IMG/VR virus record: IMGVR_UViG_3300006922_000005
Strand: one strand, 5' to 3'
Source of the DNA: a virus
Taxonomy: Duplodnaviria; Caudoviricetes
Length of the DNA stretch: 64,000 nt
Made by a program: the position numbers and the translations under genes. The notes under the pieces were generated by a model that saw only the letters and a list, made by a program, of their open reading frames with translations, was not told the origin of the DNA and searched no databases. How positions within the stretch are numbered: the first letter of the stretch is position 1; the number at the start of each line of letters is the position of its first letter. This document shows positions 47,177-59,700 of this stretch, in pieces.

Positions 47177-48673
47177 TTATATGTTCTTATACCATTTTGT
47201 GAGATAGTCATAATGGTTGTCTAAGTCACGCATTGTACGATCTATACGATAGTTTTCACTATCAACATAACTTTCTGAATATTTCAAATAATCATCGCTC
47301 ATAAAAGAAATACTTTTGTCATAAAAGTCACTGCCGTATAACATTTCAAACCATTGTCCTGTATGAAACATACTAGTGATTCCAGGTAGGAACATACTAT
47401 CTTTTGGACCGGGTACAAACATTTCTAACCTTTTCTTACATGTATCTGGAAGTTCTTTGCTTGTAACATCTCTCCAAAATTGTGTGTCTTTTCTAGAAGC
47501 AAATTTATAGTGTGTAAAAATAAAATCTCTAATTTCATAGTACATTGATAACCATTGATTATTAATATAATGTAAATTATCCTTACCCCATGCACCGTCA
47601 CTAAATCTTAAACTTTCTACTAAAAATTCAACTGACTTTGTAGTAAATGTTATTCCTGTTGCTTCTAATGGTTCTACAAATCCTGCACTTAATCCTATTG
47701 CTACTACATTATCGTGTGCAATACCTTCGTGTGTACCAATACGCATTTCTAAATGATTTGCAGGAGCATCAAACTCACCAATTGCTTCACGTAATTCTGC
47801 TTCTGCATTTTCTTTTGAACAGTATGCATCACTGTAAACATAGCCATTACCAATACGATCATAAGTTGGAATAGTCCAACGCCAACCGTTTTTCATAGTA
47901 GTTGCTTTTGTATAAGGATGACATTCTTCTTGTGGATTTTTATATTGTGTAGGAATAGCAACTGCTCTATTACATGGTAAATTTTCACTTTCGTCTATAT
48001 ATCTAACACCTAATGTTTTTCCTAATAATAAACTTTTAAATCCACTACAGTCTATGTATAAATCTGCGTGGTATTCAGCACCAGAAGCATCACGTAAACA
48101 TTTTATACCTTGTTCAAATGTATCTACTTCAGTAATTTCTGTGTCAACAATATCAATTTTATCTTTAATATTTTCTTTTACTGTTTCGCCAATTTTATGT
48201 GCATCAAAGTGTACAGCGTCCCATGATGGTGTAAGGAACCCGTGTGTAAAATCCATAACATGACTTAGTTTTGGAGATTTATTTGCTTTAGCAAGTTTAT
48301 AACTTTGTACAAAGTTGAAAAATTCTTTTTTACTTTTACCTAACCAATAATTAAATGTTGGAATTTCAGGACCTAATACAAAACTGCCATAATCGTCATT
48401 GTCTACAAAATAAGGTTCATCGCTCCAGCCGTTAAATTCTACACCTAACTTATATGTTGCTCTTGCAGATTTCATCCAATCAACTGGCTGTAATCCACAC
48501 TTACGTAAAAACTCTGTAGTGTAAGGTTGTGTACCTTCTCCTACTCCAACAATACCAATCTTACTACTTTCAATTAGTTGTATCTTTACTGCACCTGGTA
48601 TCGTGTTTCTTAAATATGCGGCTGTTAAGTATCCACTTGTTCCGCCACCTAATATACAAATATTTTTAATCAT
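47177..48673 (-). CDS. flavin-dependent tryptophan-halogenase family protein (PrnA-like)
   Basis: GGGTSG, GVGEGT, ATYKLG (catalytic Lys position), IDCSGF, GWRWTIP, FVEPLEATG. Confidence 0.92.
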   Translation of the reverse strand: MIKNICILGGGTSGYLTAAYLRNTIPGAVKIQLIESSKIGIVGVGEGTQPYTTEFLRKCGLQPVDWMKSARATYKLGVEFNGWSDEPYFVDNDDYGSFVLGPEIPTFNYWLGKSKKEFFNFVQSYKLAKANKSPKLSHVMDFTHGFLTPSWDAVHFDAHKIGETVKENIKDKIDIVDTEITEVDTFEQGIKCLRDASGAEYHADLYIDCSGFKSLLLGKTLGVRYIDESENLPCNRAVAIPTQYKNPQEECHPYTKATTMKNGWRWTIPTYDRIGNGYVYSDAYCSKENAEAELREAIGEFDAPANHLEMRIGTHEGIAHDNVVAIGLSAGFVEPLEATGITFTTKSVEFLVESLRFSDGAWGKDNLHYINNQWLSMYYEIRDFIFTHYKFASRKDTQFWRDVTSKELPDTCKKRLEMFVPGPKDSMFLPGITSMFHTGQWFEMLYGSDFYDKSISFMSDDYLKYSESYVDSENYRIDRTMRDLDNHYDYLTKWYKNI

Positions 48674-49293
48674 TTTATCTCCGCATAGTTAAAGTGTTCT
48701 TGATTTCCTAATTTAGTCGGTAACATATTAAAACTAAGAGTATAGCGAGGCTTAGGTGTTATATTTTTTTCACTTCTGTGTTCAATATAACTAGGCCATA
48801 ATATTAATTTATTAGGCTCTGCTTTACTGCTTATTCTGTCTGTTAAAAACGGACTATTTCCATCTCTAGTAACACTAATTGTATTTCTCATTTTACTTAT
48901 CGGATTATAAAACTCTGTACCACCTTGATCAGGCGTACTATTCAAATAATATACTCCACTTAATAAACTGTTAGTATGTGTATGTGGTCCAATACTTTGA
49001 CTATTGCTAAATTTATTCATCCACATACTAGTAATGTATAAATTTTCAGGTTGATAACCTATTTTATTACAATATTCTAATCCACACTTAATAATTGTTT
49101 TAGTAAAGGATTCAAATGCTACATCTTCTTGTAGATTTTGTTTAGAAATCTGATACATAGGAAATTCTTCAAATCCTTGCTTATGATTTGTCCACTCTAC
49201 AGCATCAATCATATTATGAATATCCTGATCTGTAATATCAAGTTTAAATTCTACAAATCCTGTTGGAAATAATCCAATAGTATTAGATTCCAT
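48670..49293 (-). CDS. 2OG-Fe(II) oxygenase-like (TIGR02466 type)
   Basis: HTHTNSLLSGVYY, WPSYIEH, RYTLSFN. Confidence 0.85.
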   Translation of the reverse strand: MESNTIGLFPTGFVEFKLDITDQDIHNMIDAVEWTNHKQGFEEFPMYQISKQNLQEDVAFESFTKTIIKCGLEYCNKIGYQPENLYITSMWMNKFSNSQSIGPHTHTNSLLSGVYYLNSTPDQGGTEFYNPISKMRNTISVTRDGNSPFLTDRISSKAEPNKLILWPSYIEHRSEKNITPKPRYTLSFNMLPTKLGNQEHFNYAEIK

Positions 49294-49924
49294 AATGTCT
49301 ACCTCTAGAGTTTTTACCTAAATTCTTTAGATTAAAAGTATATGGTATAACAATACGTTCTTGTAACTCTATTCTATTTGTAAAATTGTTTTGTCCTGTC
49401 ATATGCGGGATATCACTTCTAAAAATTACGCACTGTCCTGTTTTAGCAGGAACATAAAATTCGCCTTCAGTATCTACAGTTCGTTGTTTAAAGTCAGGTT
49501 GCCATGGTTGCCACTTTATATCAGGTTGAAGTAATCCTAGTGGAGCAGAACCTTCAGGTGCATGTAAATAATAGACTGTACTTAATAGTGTATTTGCATG
49601 TATGTGCGGTTTATGTGTACTTGCTCCTTGTTTACTTAACACTGCCCAACTGTTTGCAACAAATATATCGTCAACATCGATATCCCAACCTATACTGTCA
49701 GAAAATTTATGTACTTGTTCTATAAGCCAAGTATTCAGATGTTGCATTTCATCATGTTGATGAATACTTTCGTCAGTTACGTAACCTAAACCTTCACCGT
49801 TATCAATACTATTGTCTTTTTCAAGACGTTTTATTAAATTGTAAATATCTTTATGGTCATTACATTGATCAACAGAGCGTTGTGCAATACCAACATTAGT
49901 AGGCCATATAGAATTTACTTGCAT
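49283..49924 (-). CDS. 2OG-Fe(II) oxygenase-like (TIGR02466 type)
   Basis: HIHANTLLSTVYY, FRSDIPH, RIVIPY. Confidence 0.8.
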   Translation of the reverse strand: MQVNSIWPTNVGIAQRSVDQCNDHKDIYNLIKRLEKDNSIDNGEGLGYVTDESIHQHDEMQHLNTWLIEQVHKFSDSIGWDIDVDDIFVANSWAVLSKQGASTHKPHIHANTLLSTVYYLHAPEGSAPLGLLQPDIKWQPWQPDFKQRTVDTEGEFYVPAKTGQCVIFRSDIPHMTGQNNFTNRIELQERIVIPYTFNLKNLGKNSRGRHYGI

Positions 49925-50505
49925 TATAGAAACTCCTTGATATCTTTTTCAAAAAAGATTCCTTTATCATAGTATCCGTCATATCGTTGATCAGCATAAG
50001 GACCATTTGCGTCTACATAATGTAAAAATACTTGACCTAATTTATAATCCTCAATTTCGCATTTATTACGCCAATGCATTACTTCACAACCTTTGTATAA
50101 AACAGCATCTCCATCTTCTAAAAACACTTCTTTATCTTCAATAACAATAGGCCAGTTGCCTTTTCCGTTATCACGTAATTTTACAGTTAAACTATATTCA
50201 CATGCAGGTCTATCCCTATGCTTAGGCATAGCATTTCCAGTAGTATACAAACGTGCATATGTATATGTTGGAAATAATGATAAACCTGTAAGACCTTCTA
50301 CTTTTTTATGCATAAAATTTAGAAAAGCATCAAATGTTAAGTCTCCACTTCTTGGACCTAAACACCCAGGAACCATTTCGTCTCCTGTTTTTGCTTGTGG
50401 ATCTCCTTCTTTAATATAAACCTTAGTACTAAACTCTAAGTATTCATATAAGAAATGTGCTGTTTCAAGTTCAACAAAGTTTTTTATAAGTTTATACTGC
50501 TCCAT
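49924..50505 (-). CDS. 2OG-Fe(II) oxygenase (prolyl-hydroxylase-like)
   Basis: TYARLY, HRDRPACEYSLT, HWR, QVFLHY; start at TAATG overlap 50505. Confidence 0.85.
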   Translation of the reverse strand: MEQYKLIKNFVELETAHFLYEYLEFSTKVYIKEGDPQAKTGDEMVPGCLGPRSGDLTFDAFLNFMHKKVEGLTGLSLFPTYTYARLYTTGNAMPKHRDRPACEYSLTVKLRDNGKGNWPIVIEDKEVFLEDGDAVLYKGCEVMHWRNKCEIEDYKLGQVFLHYVDANGPYADQRYDGYYDKGIFFEKDIKEFL

Positions 50506-52211
50506 TAAGTAATATTTTCCCTTTTCTTTCTTAAAACAAAGATACCTAATCCATTCCAATAATCATCTGGATCTTCTCCAGTAGTTTGTAATTGTTTTTG
50601 AAATAATATTTTGTAATCTTTCTCTTTTATATGCTCATTGGTAGCATTTTGTATTTGTATCCAGTTCCAGTCATCCATAATCAATACAAAGGTCTCTTCA
50701 AACTTATCATAGTACCTTGATAAAAAGTTTTTTGTTTGTTCATATGTGTGATCTCCATCATAAAATACTATATTACTAGTATGTGGAATATTTGTCAAGT
50801 CTAAACTTTCAACAGGCTCATTAAAACCTAATACTCTATTTGGTCCTTTTACTTTGGACATATTATGTTGGAAGATCTTTAATGGATTACCATCTTTTCC
50901 TTGCCAACCATCTACTTCACGCATTGGTTCTATATCATTAGTGTGCCAACTATCAATACACACTGCTTGTATATTGTTTCCTTCTAATGCACTACAAAAT
51001 GTTGCACCATGCCATGTACCAATTTCTAAATATCTTACATCTTTTGTTTCACACAAGTTGTTTAAGAAATGCTTAATCTTATGACTAGTTAATCCTTCAA
51101 TTTGTAAGGTATTTTCAGACAACTTACTTGTATGGTCCATGCTTTTTTCAATAGCATTGTTAATTGAACTTATAAACTTATTTTTTGTTTTAGCACTTAC
51201 TACATCTTCGCAATAATGACATTTCCAGCAGTCAAATTTGCAATTTTTAATTTTATCACGCCATACTTTAATTGGTTTATTATCTAAATCACCAACATCA
51301 ATAAATTCATTAAAATTATCGAACAATATGTCTTGCTTACTTGCAAACCGTTCAACTAAATCCACTGTTTCCCATAATCTTTCAATTGACTCTCTGCCAT
51401 GCATCTTAAAAACATCAATTCCAGCGTCCATTAGTTCTACCCAGTCTTCTCTCCACGGAGTAAAGTTTGCTACTTTTAGTTGAGCGGCTGGATCCATAGC
51501 GTCCCATCTAGGACATGTAGGTTTAGATATTGGATCCATAAAGAAAGTAGGCGACATTGCTTCTTGTCTACTAAAATTAAACTCAAAATGTTCATCTTGT
51601 ACAGGACAATTACCCCAACACCCTTCATTGGCTAGTAAACTTATTTTAAAGTCAGGACAAATGTTCTTTCTTACGTATTCTTTGGCTTCTTTTATTTCTA
51701 AAAGTTTGTCTTTATCACGCATTAAGTCTCTATCTAAGTTTACGTAATAAAATCCTGCTTCTGCAAGTTTTACAACTTCGTTTGCACGTTGTACATTACG
51801 TAAAATTGTGTTTTTTACACGTAACTCAGGATATGCTTTTTGAATTGCTCCTTGTAACATCCACATAGTATGAGGAAGTGTTGCTATACGTACACCTGCT
51901 TCGTATAACGGTGCAAAGTTTTTAATCCATGTTTGTAAATTCTGCATAGTTGGTGGCACATTAATATTATTAAATGTTGCACTAACAGGTATGCCGATTA
52001 TTTCTTGTATTTGAACTGCGTTATCACTAATTGCTCCCCAATCGCCTTGATGGAAAACATCACCCATAGCGTCTTGGCCAAAAGGAGGTATACGACTAGT
52101 AAAGTATACATCATATATATACTTTTTATTTTTTTCTAAAAACGGAATAAATCGTTTTGTAAAACTATCGTAATCTAGTTTTGGATTCAGGGGAATCGAG
52201 AAGTTTTGCAT
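50505..52211 (-). CDS. U32-family (Fe-S hydroxylase-like) domain fused to class I SAM methyltransferase
   Basis: LLANEGCWGNCP, VFKMHGRE, CKFDCWKCHYC; then YLEIGTWHG, FYDGDH, MDDWNW. Confidence 0.7.
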   Translation of the reverse strand: MQNFSIPLNPKLDYDSFTKRFIPFLEKNKKYIYDVYFTSRIPPFGQDAMGDVFHQGDWGAISDNAVQIQEIIGIPVSATFNNINVPPTMQNLQTWIKNFAPLYEAGVRIATLPHTMWMLQGAIQKAYPELRVKNTILRNVQRANEVVKLAEAGFYYVNLDRDLMRDKDKLLEIKEAKEYVRKNICPDFKISLLANEGCWGNCPVQDEHFEFNFSRQEAMSPTFFMDPISKPTCPRWDAMDPAAQLKVANFTPWREDWVELMDAGIDVFKMHGRESIERLWETVDLVERFASKQDILFDNFNEFIDVGDLDNKPIKVWRDKIKNCKFDCWKCHYCEDVVSAKTKNKFISSINNAIEKSMDHTSKLSENTLQIEGLTSHKIKHFLNNLCETKDVRYLEIGTWHGATFCSALEGNNIQAVCIDSWHTNDIEPMREVDGWQGKDGNPLKIFQHNMSKVKGPNRVLGFNEPVESLDLTNIPHTSNIVFYDGDHTYEQTKNFLSRYYDKFEETFVLIMDDWNWIQIQNATNEHIKEKDYKILFQKQLQTTGEDPDDYWNGLGIFVLRKKRENIT

Positions 52212-52902
52212 TTTCTTGTACTGTGTCCTCAAGTTTTGGAACAATATCTACATTGTCCTTTTCTTTTAGCATGTTAATTAATTTCTGTTCAACATCTTTT
52301 TCAATAGCAACAATACCAGTTTCAAATTGTTTAGTATATTCTAATGCTCCGCGAATAATTTTATCTTGATCTGCATGAGGCATATGCATAATACTTTCAA
52401 GATTACCTGTACCAATTTTACCATATGAAAGCATTTCCATTGCCGCTTGTTTTCCCATACGTGAAATCCAATATTCTCGTTCTTTGGCTTCTTTATCATT
52501 TGACATGTCTAACATAGCATCTTTGTTAGGCATTAATGTTTTAAATTTCTTTAAAAATCGATCACGTTCTAAACGTACACCAGCAATCCTACGCTTGTTA
52601 CGTTCTAAATGATTTTCAAATTCTTCAATTTCAATCTCTAATAATTTTGATTTAGCAGGAGAAGTTTCTTGTTCAAGTTCTTCTTTTTTAATGTCAATTT
52701 CTGCTTGTTTTTTTCTGTCATCGAATGTACGATCTTCGATGGTTTGTGTTCTATGTTCAATCTCAACTAAACACTGTTTTGCTTTACGCCAATCAGTAAT
52801 GTTAGTATCTACAACATAACTATCCATTTGGTACTTACTGTACGCATAGTCAAAACCTAGCGAAAAGTCTATAATTTCATCGTTTGATAGTTCGTCAGAC
52901 AT
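52165..52902 (-). CDS. coiled-coil hypothetical protein (tail-fibre region)
   Basis: 245 aa, charged heptads, SD GGAG and TAAATA. Confidence 0.7.
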   Translation of the reverse strand: MSDELSNDEIIDFSLGFDYAYSKYQMDSYVVDTNITDWRKAKQCLVEIEHRTQTIEDRTFDDRKKQAEIDIKKEELEQETSPAKSKLLEIEIEEFENHLERNKRRIAGVRLERDRFLKKFKTLMPNKDAMLDMSNDKEAKEREYWISRMGKQAAMEMLSYGKIGTGNLESIMHMPHADQDKIIRGALEYTKQFETGIVAIEKDVEQKLINMLKEKDNVDIVPKLEDTVQENAKLLDSPESKTRLR

Positions 52903-52948
52903 GTTAACTCCTTATTAATAACATTAGTTATCAGAGTATTTAATGTGA

Positions 52949-53704
52949 CTAGATGTTCTTGAATAGTGTACGCATTGGAGTTACTTCTGCAACATCTTTA
53001 CCAAAATCAACTTCTAAGTATTTTTCAACAAATGCTTGTACTTGTGCTATTGTTGTACAGTTGTTTAATTCTTTGCGTAATTTTGTAGATACTGCTAACA
53101 CTTTGGCTACTTTTGTTTGATATTCTTCATTGTTTTTAATGATACTATCAGCAAAATTAGACGGTGTTACACCTTTTGCGTCAGCAAGTAATTTAAGTAA
53201 TGTACCTGTACTTCCGGATTCTTTGTATGCTAGTGCTTGTTGATATTGTAAATCCCATGTTTCTTTTTCAATAGGACCTCTATCTACATCAATTGCAGTG
53301 TATGCCATGTATGCAAATGTTGCAATTTTTCCTGTAATCCATGATTTATCATAATCTATAATCCAAGCCGCTTCAGAATTTGTCCATGGTAGTTTAGTTT
53401 TTTCCCATGTGTTACCTTCAGGGTCTCTGTCAGGCATTCCTGGTGCTGGTGTTTTAGTTGGTTTCCATGTATCAGAAATTTCACCAGTTTGATCACAAGT
53501 CCAATATTCGTTATAGGACTTCATAGAATTCGTTACACCTTTCTCATATGCTTCATCAGTAAACTTTTTAGCATATATAAAACTTGACCAGTCGATGTAT
53601 TCTAATGTTGCATCATTAATCTCTGCAACAATTCCACCAAACTCAGTTTTAATTGTTCTTATGTAACCGTTTTCTTGTTCTCTTCCAAAATATAATAATT
53701 TCAT
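52949..53704 (-). CDS. putative tail fibre assembly/chaperone protein
   Basis: directly after tail fibre; ETWDLQYQQALAY...LADAKG C-terminal pattern. Confidence 0.55.
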   Translation of the reverse strand: MKLLYFGREQENGYIRTIKTEFGGIVAEINDATLEYIDWSSFIYAKKFTDEAYEKGVTNSMKSYNEYWTCDQTGEISDTWKPTKTPAPGMPDRDPEGNTWEKTKLPWTNSEAAWIIDYDKSWITGKIATFAYMAYTAIDVDRGPIEKETWDLQYQQALAYKESGSTGTLLKLLADAKGVTPSNFADSIIKNNEEYQTKVAKVLAVSTKLRKELNNCTTIAQVQAFVEKYLEVDFGKDVAEVTPMRTLFKNI

Positions 53705-53706
53705 TT

Positions 53707-56700
53707 TTAAATCCCTGTACTAAAGCACGCCCCTGATGAACATCCAGGCTGGCCTTTTGGTTGTAATGCACTTTGTCCACTTGATCCGTTACTCATACTA
53801 TCATTTGAATATGTAAGTTTCCAACTGTCGTTAGCCTGACCATTTGAACCCTGCCACATACCAACTGAATATCCTGCATCTTGACCCATTTGCATGTTAT
53901 GCTCACCCTGTGTGTTCTGACCATTCGGGAAGTTACCAATTGTACCTTGCGAACTGTCATTACTTGAGTTGACTTTTTCTAAGTTACGTGAGTTGTTTGG
54001 TGGCCCAATGTAGTAGTAACCATACTTACTTGTTAAGCCTTTTGAGTGAGTACCTTGTGTACCAAACATACCACTCCATGATTCTGTACTAAACGAAATC
54101 TTTCTGTGTGTACCATTCCAGTGATAACCAGCAGTACTACTCCATGCCGCTCCAACATAGTCAGAACTTAAACCTGAGTTGTTAACGTTTGTACGCATTG
54201 TTTCTGTAGAGTGATTCATAATGTCTGTATTAGCACTACCACCACCTGTGATTACACTAAACTGTGTATCATAGTTTGAAACACCGTGGTCATTACGTCC
54301 AGTACTCATGTTCAACGAACTATTATTGTAACCCTTACTACTATCGTTAGTCATATTAAATGCCCAACCTCTGTTAGAGTTTGTAGGATAACTTGGATCG
54401 TTACCCCATGACCAACCTGTTACATCACTATGTCCACCGTCCATATATGTACCTGGTTGACTCATTATGTTACCTAAGTTATTTGAAGTATCATTTGAGT
54501 GACTTGTTCTGTTAACGTTTGACCATGGAACTGAACTCTTATATCCACCTGCCATATAACCTCTGTTAATAACAGTTCTATATCTCCAAGTAGTTCTACC
54601 TTTAATATTAAACGTTACATCATCACTTGCTGGGAACGCCGCATCGTCTGTAACTCTAATAGTTACTGAACCTGTTCTGTCGTATGCTCTGTTCAACCAA
54701 CTGTGATTAATTGTACCACTAATCAAACCTGTTCCTGCATTTAAACTTAGACCGTTACTGAATAATCCTTCAGGGTCTGCTTGTACACTGTAACTAACTG
54801 TTTGTCCTGGATCTGGTTCATTTGCTGTAAGTTGGATACTTGTTGTACCGTATGTACTATCACTTGTTGTACCATCGTCACCACCCGGTGTTGTACCTGC
54901 TGTTGGTGATGTAAATGTTGGTGCAGTATTCTGTAAAATCTCTATTGAGTAAATTACATCAGTGTTTGTTGTACCATTTGTACCTTGTGAAGCAAATCTA
55001 ACTGTAAATGTTTTAGTTGTTGTACTTGGAACACTTGGTAATGTACCTGTAATTGCACCAGTTGCACTGTTCATTGTTAACGGACCGCCTTGGTCTGCAA
55101 ATAAACTTCCTGCATCAAGTATAACAGTGTAAGTAATTGTATCACCATCTGCATCTGTTGCTGTACAACTTGTAATATTAACTGTTGTAGTTTCTGAGAA
55201 ACTACCTAAACTACCTGCTGGTGTATTAGCAGTAGGAGCATTATCAATTTCAATACCTCTTGGTAATGTTGATTTAGATCCGTTTGTAGTTGTAAGTTCT
55301 ACATTGTATCTACCTGCCGCTAGTCCACTAAACACGCCTGCGCCTGTTTGTACTGTAATTTCCTGTTCACTTACATATGTAACTGAACTCAATGGAACTG
55401 TAATAGTACCAAATTTAACACCTGTTGGATCACTAAATTTATCACCTAAGATTTCAATTGTAGTGTCTACATCTGGATCAAATATGTTTGGTGTAATACT
55501 AACAATACTTAGACCAGCACCGCCTGATGTTGCCCATTCTGTACCGTTATAGAATTCAATTGTTTTTAAAGTAGTGTTATAACGTAACATACCTTCAATT
55601 GTTTCTGTTGGACGTTGGTTAGTTGCACCACGTGCAAGTACCAAAGCGTCTGTACCCATAAATCCTGATTTAACAAATTTGTATACAGCACCTTCTGTTG
55701 GCACACTGTTATCTGAAATATCTGTTAAGTTTGGATCTGTACTAAATTCGTTAATAGTAGCACCAGTTTTACCTGCTGTAATACTACCAAGTTGTAGTTC
55801 GTTCAAACCTGTTAAGTCAAATTCTTCTGACGATAGTGTTGCTCTACCAGTGGCCTGTTCAACCTTAAAGTAGTCACCAACTCTAAAGTTACCATCTTGG
55901 TCAGTGGTTACGTAGAATACTCTACCACCGTTTTGTGAAACAGTTTCTGCTTCTTGGTTTGGTGTTTGTCCGTAGTCTGCTTTAATAATAACTGGATAGT
56001 TAGTATCAGCAAATCCACCTGTACCAATGTCTAAGAAGTCATGTCCTGTCATACGTACCTGACTAAATGCTTCACGTATTGTTACTCTTGCACCTTCGTC
56101 TGGTGTTTTGTTACTTGGAACTTTTGGATCAACAGCAATGTTTGATGTACCATAATTTATTTTTGCTGGAGCCGCCGCTTTACCAATATTAATAATATCA
56201 ATTACTACTTGTACAAGTGCCTGTGCTCTAGCATCTGATCCTGCTTCTCTAACAAGTCCTGCGTCTGTAACCTGTGAAACTGCACCACGTACTGTTGTTG
56301 GTACTGTTTCGTTAATAACGTTACCAATAATAGTTTTCAAGTATGTGTTTGCCGCAACTGTTTCTGCTTTTTGTGTTGTAATTGCATATCTTGCTGATGG
56401 ACTTGAATAATATGAATAACCAGCATCAACTGATTGACCATTTGATGCTGTGTCTAAATCAAATAGTACTGCATCAATAATTAATCCTGTATCACGTCTA
56501 CATAATGCTGTGTCATACACCAATGATGGATATGTTGCATCAATATATTGAATAACTTCTTCTTGTAAGAATTCTTTGTTAGCATTAAGCAATGCATAAG
56601 CATTTGGATCATTTCCAGTTACAAATGTAGGTTGTTGGTAACCACTTGTAGAAATAATAAAGTAAGTTTCACTATCTCCATCAATAAATGCTACCGAACC

Positions 56701-59700
56701 ATCTTTAATTGGTCTTGTTAAACCGTCAACTGTGAAACTAATACCTGTACCAATACTAGCAAAACCTTGTCTAGTTGCTTGGATCGATAATACTTTTTCT
56801 GGTGAGTTATCAACAACACCGTTTGTATCTGTAAGTGCAAGTGTTGCATCACTAAAGTCCATATCATGGAATTTGTAATCTAAAATAGTTGCATCTTCAA
56901 TAGTAGGTGTAACTGTAATATAATTGTATGCTCCACTTGAATCATCTAGTGTACCAAAGCCACCACCTGTTCTTGTAAAGTTAAAGTAACCTGCATTATT
57001 ACCGTTAGTCATACCTGCCATAATCAAGTTTACACCATCAATGGAGATACTGTTTAATTCTACACCTGAATCGTTATCTGATAATTCTCTACTAAATGCA
57101 TGTATACCTGTTGAATCAAAACTTGAAATCAAACCATTGTATACATTAGATCCTGCAACTGTTTCAATAGAACCAACTGCATAAAGTTCATCACCTAATG
57201 GAGTAACTGCTTTATAACGTCCTGTTTTTAATGAAGCATATTGTTTTTGCCACGCAACTTCACCATCTAATCTAATTCTTGCAAGAATTGGGTTATCATA
57301 TGTGTTAACTGTTGGAGGTGATCTCATCTCTGCATTTTCACCATTTACAAATGTTCCACTTGTAATGTTAACATCAATAATGTGCTGGTTACCTGTAACA
57401 CCTTGGTTAGCAACTATTGTTGCAACTCCAGTACCACTACTGAATAAACTATAACCTACTGTAATATTAGCATCTTGATCTAGTGTTGCTCCACCTGTAT
57501 CAAAAGCAATTCTAACAGATCCACCTTGACCACCGCCAATGTTTACGTTAGCAACTGTAGTTGCTGTTGATCCTGAATATGTTAACTGTGTTTGTGGGTA
57601 AGCATATGAAGTAACACTTCTTACATACTGTCCACCAACTGCAAAGTATAAACCATCTTCACCAGTATTGTCAAATTTCATATCAAACATACTATAGTCG
57701 CCTAAGTGGAAACTCTTAACGTAGTTTCCGTTTGAATCATATGCTACAATACCTGTTTCGTTTGCAGTAGTATCGTTAAATCCTAAAAATACTTTTCCTT
57801 CTAAGTCTGCCGCACCTTCTGTTACGTATGTTACGGTACTTGATAAACTTTCTCTACCAAATGCTAGACTTACAACGTCAATTGAGTTAGTTGTACTACC
57901 ATCATAGTTGATAGTTTCACTCCATTGTATTACACCACCATTTGATAATTTAGCAAGTGTTGCACCTGCTGTTGAGTGATTACCTGCTATGTATAATGCT
58001 TGACCTTCGTCATGTACCATACCTGTAATATTATCTGTAGCAGAAATAACTTTCTGCCATTGTATTTCACCTAGTCTTGTAAACTTAACAATAAAACCTT
58101 TGTATACACTGTTTTGATAAATTCTACCTGCCGCATAATATCCGCCTGCAGTATCTTCACATACACAATTAAGTTCTCCTGGGAAACCAACGTTATCACT
58201 TGTTGGAGCACCTAGTGTTTGTTGCCAATCTAATGTGTTACCTGTCCATCTTGCAAAATACATGTAAGATGATGACTGTTGGAAAGTTGCATAGTTTGTA
58301 CCTGAGTACCCTGGTGCTGTATGACCAACTGCAAAAATATCACCTGTTGAATCTTTAAACGAAGTATTAAATGTTACATCATGTTGTACTTCTTGAATAG
58401 CGTTTAGTTCTTGTGTTGCTAATCTAATATGTCCTGTTAATGGTGTTTCTGCTTGTGAAAAACCATCTGCTCTAACAGCAAATTCTCCATATGCACTTGA
58501 ACCGTTAACTGAACGAATCTTACCACCGCTTTCTGCTAGGTAACCTACATCACAATAATATGTAAACACTGACACAAGTTCTGAACGTCCGTCATTTAGT
58601 GCGTGTACACCAATACCATCGGAGTTAATTTGTGTCCAGTCATTTGCAACCATACTCTTATAACCACCATTGTGTAGAGCACCGTCAATTTTCATTCCAG
58701 TACCACCTGGTGTAAAGTTTGTACAGTTTTGTACGTATGGCGACTGTGAAGTAATCCATACGCTAGTATCGTTTGGTCCAGTACCTGGATCTAACTGTGC
58801 TTGTACACTACCAGTACTAAAGTTTCTAAATACAATGTTACGTAATCTTGCACCATTGTTCATTTGGAATACTGCGGAGTTAGCATTTGGAGTAGATCCG
58901 TCATCGGATATACCAACACCAAAACCATTGTCATTTGTTGTATCAGGTTGTACATCAACAGCACCTAAGCCGCCGCCTTCTACAACAATACCTTTACCAA
59001 CTCTAATTGGACATTGTTCTGTATATGATCCAGAAGCAATAGCAATAATACTTTGGCCTCTGTTGAATACTGTATCACAAGCATGTCTAATTGTTTTCCA
59101 TGCTGTTGCTGGTGTTCTACCATCGTTTGAATCATCACCTTGTGGCGATACAAAATAATCTTGTTGTGGAGTTTGAGCACCCCATTTTACATCAGTTCCA
59201 TCACTGTATAAGTATGAACCTGCTGGTCCAATTGCTAGTGGAACGTTTCCAACTGTACCTCTAACAACCATGTCACCACGTGTTGTAGTAATAGTACTTG
59301 CATCACCTTGTGCAACTAGACTCCAATCACTTGCTGAAACATTAGGAGTATCACCAATTGTTTCTCTTAGTGCGATATAAGAACTTAAATTATATTCTAC
59401 AACATCATCTGTATAGTATGTTGTTGTTGCATTATATTGTCCATTCCATTTCATACCTGGAAGGAATGTTGACCATATACCGCCACCACTTGCTGGATCA
59501 CTTGGGTTATTAGAAAGTGTAGAAGTGTGTACTACTTGTGCTTCCCATAATCTACCACCTTCTAATACAATATCACCTGGATAGTATTCTGTAGTATCTT
59601 GCCAAATTCCTTTATATTCAAAGGCTTCAACAAACACATCATAATATTGTGTAGTTGTTGGTGTTGTACCTACTGGTGGAGTTTGTCCTTGTTTAACAAT

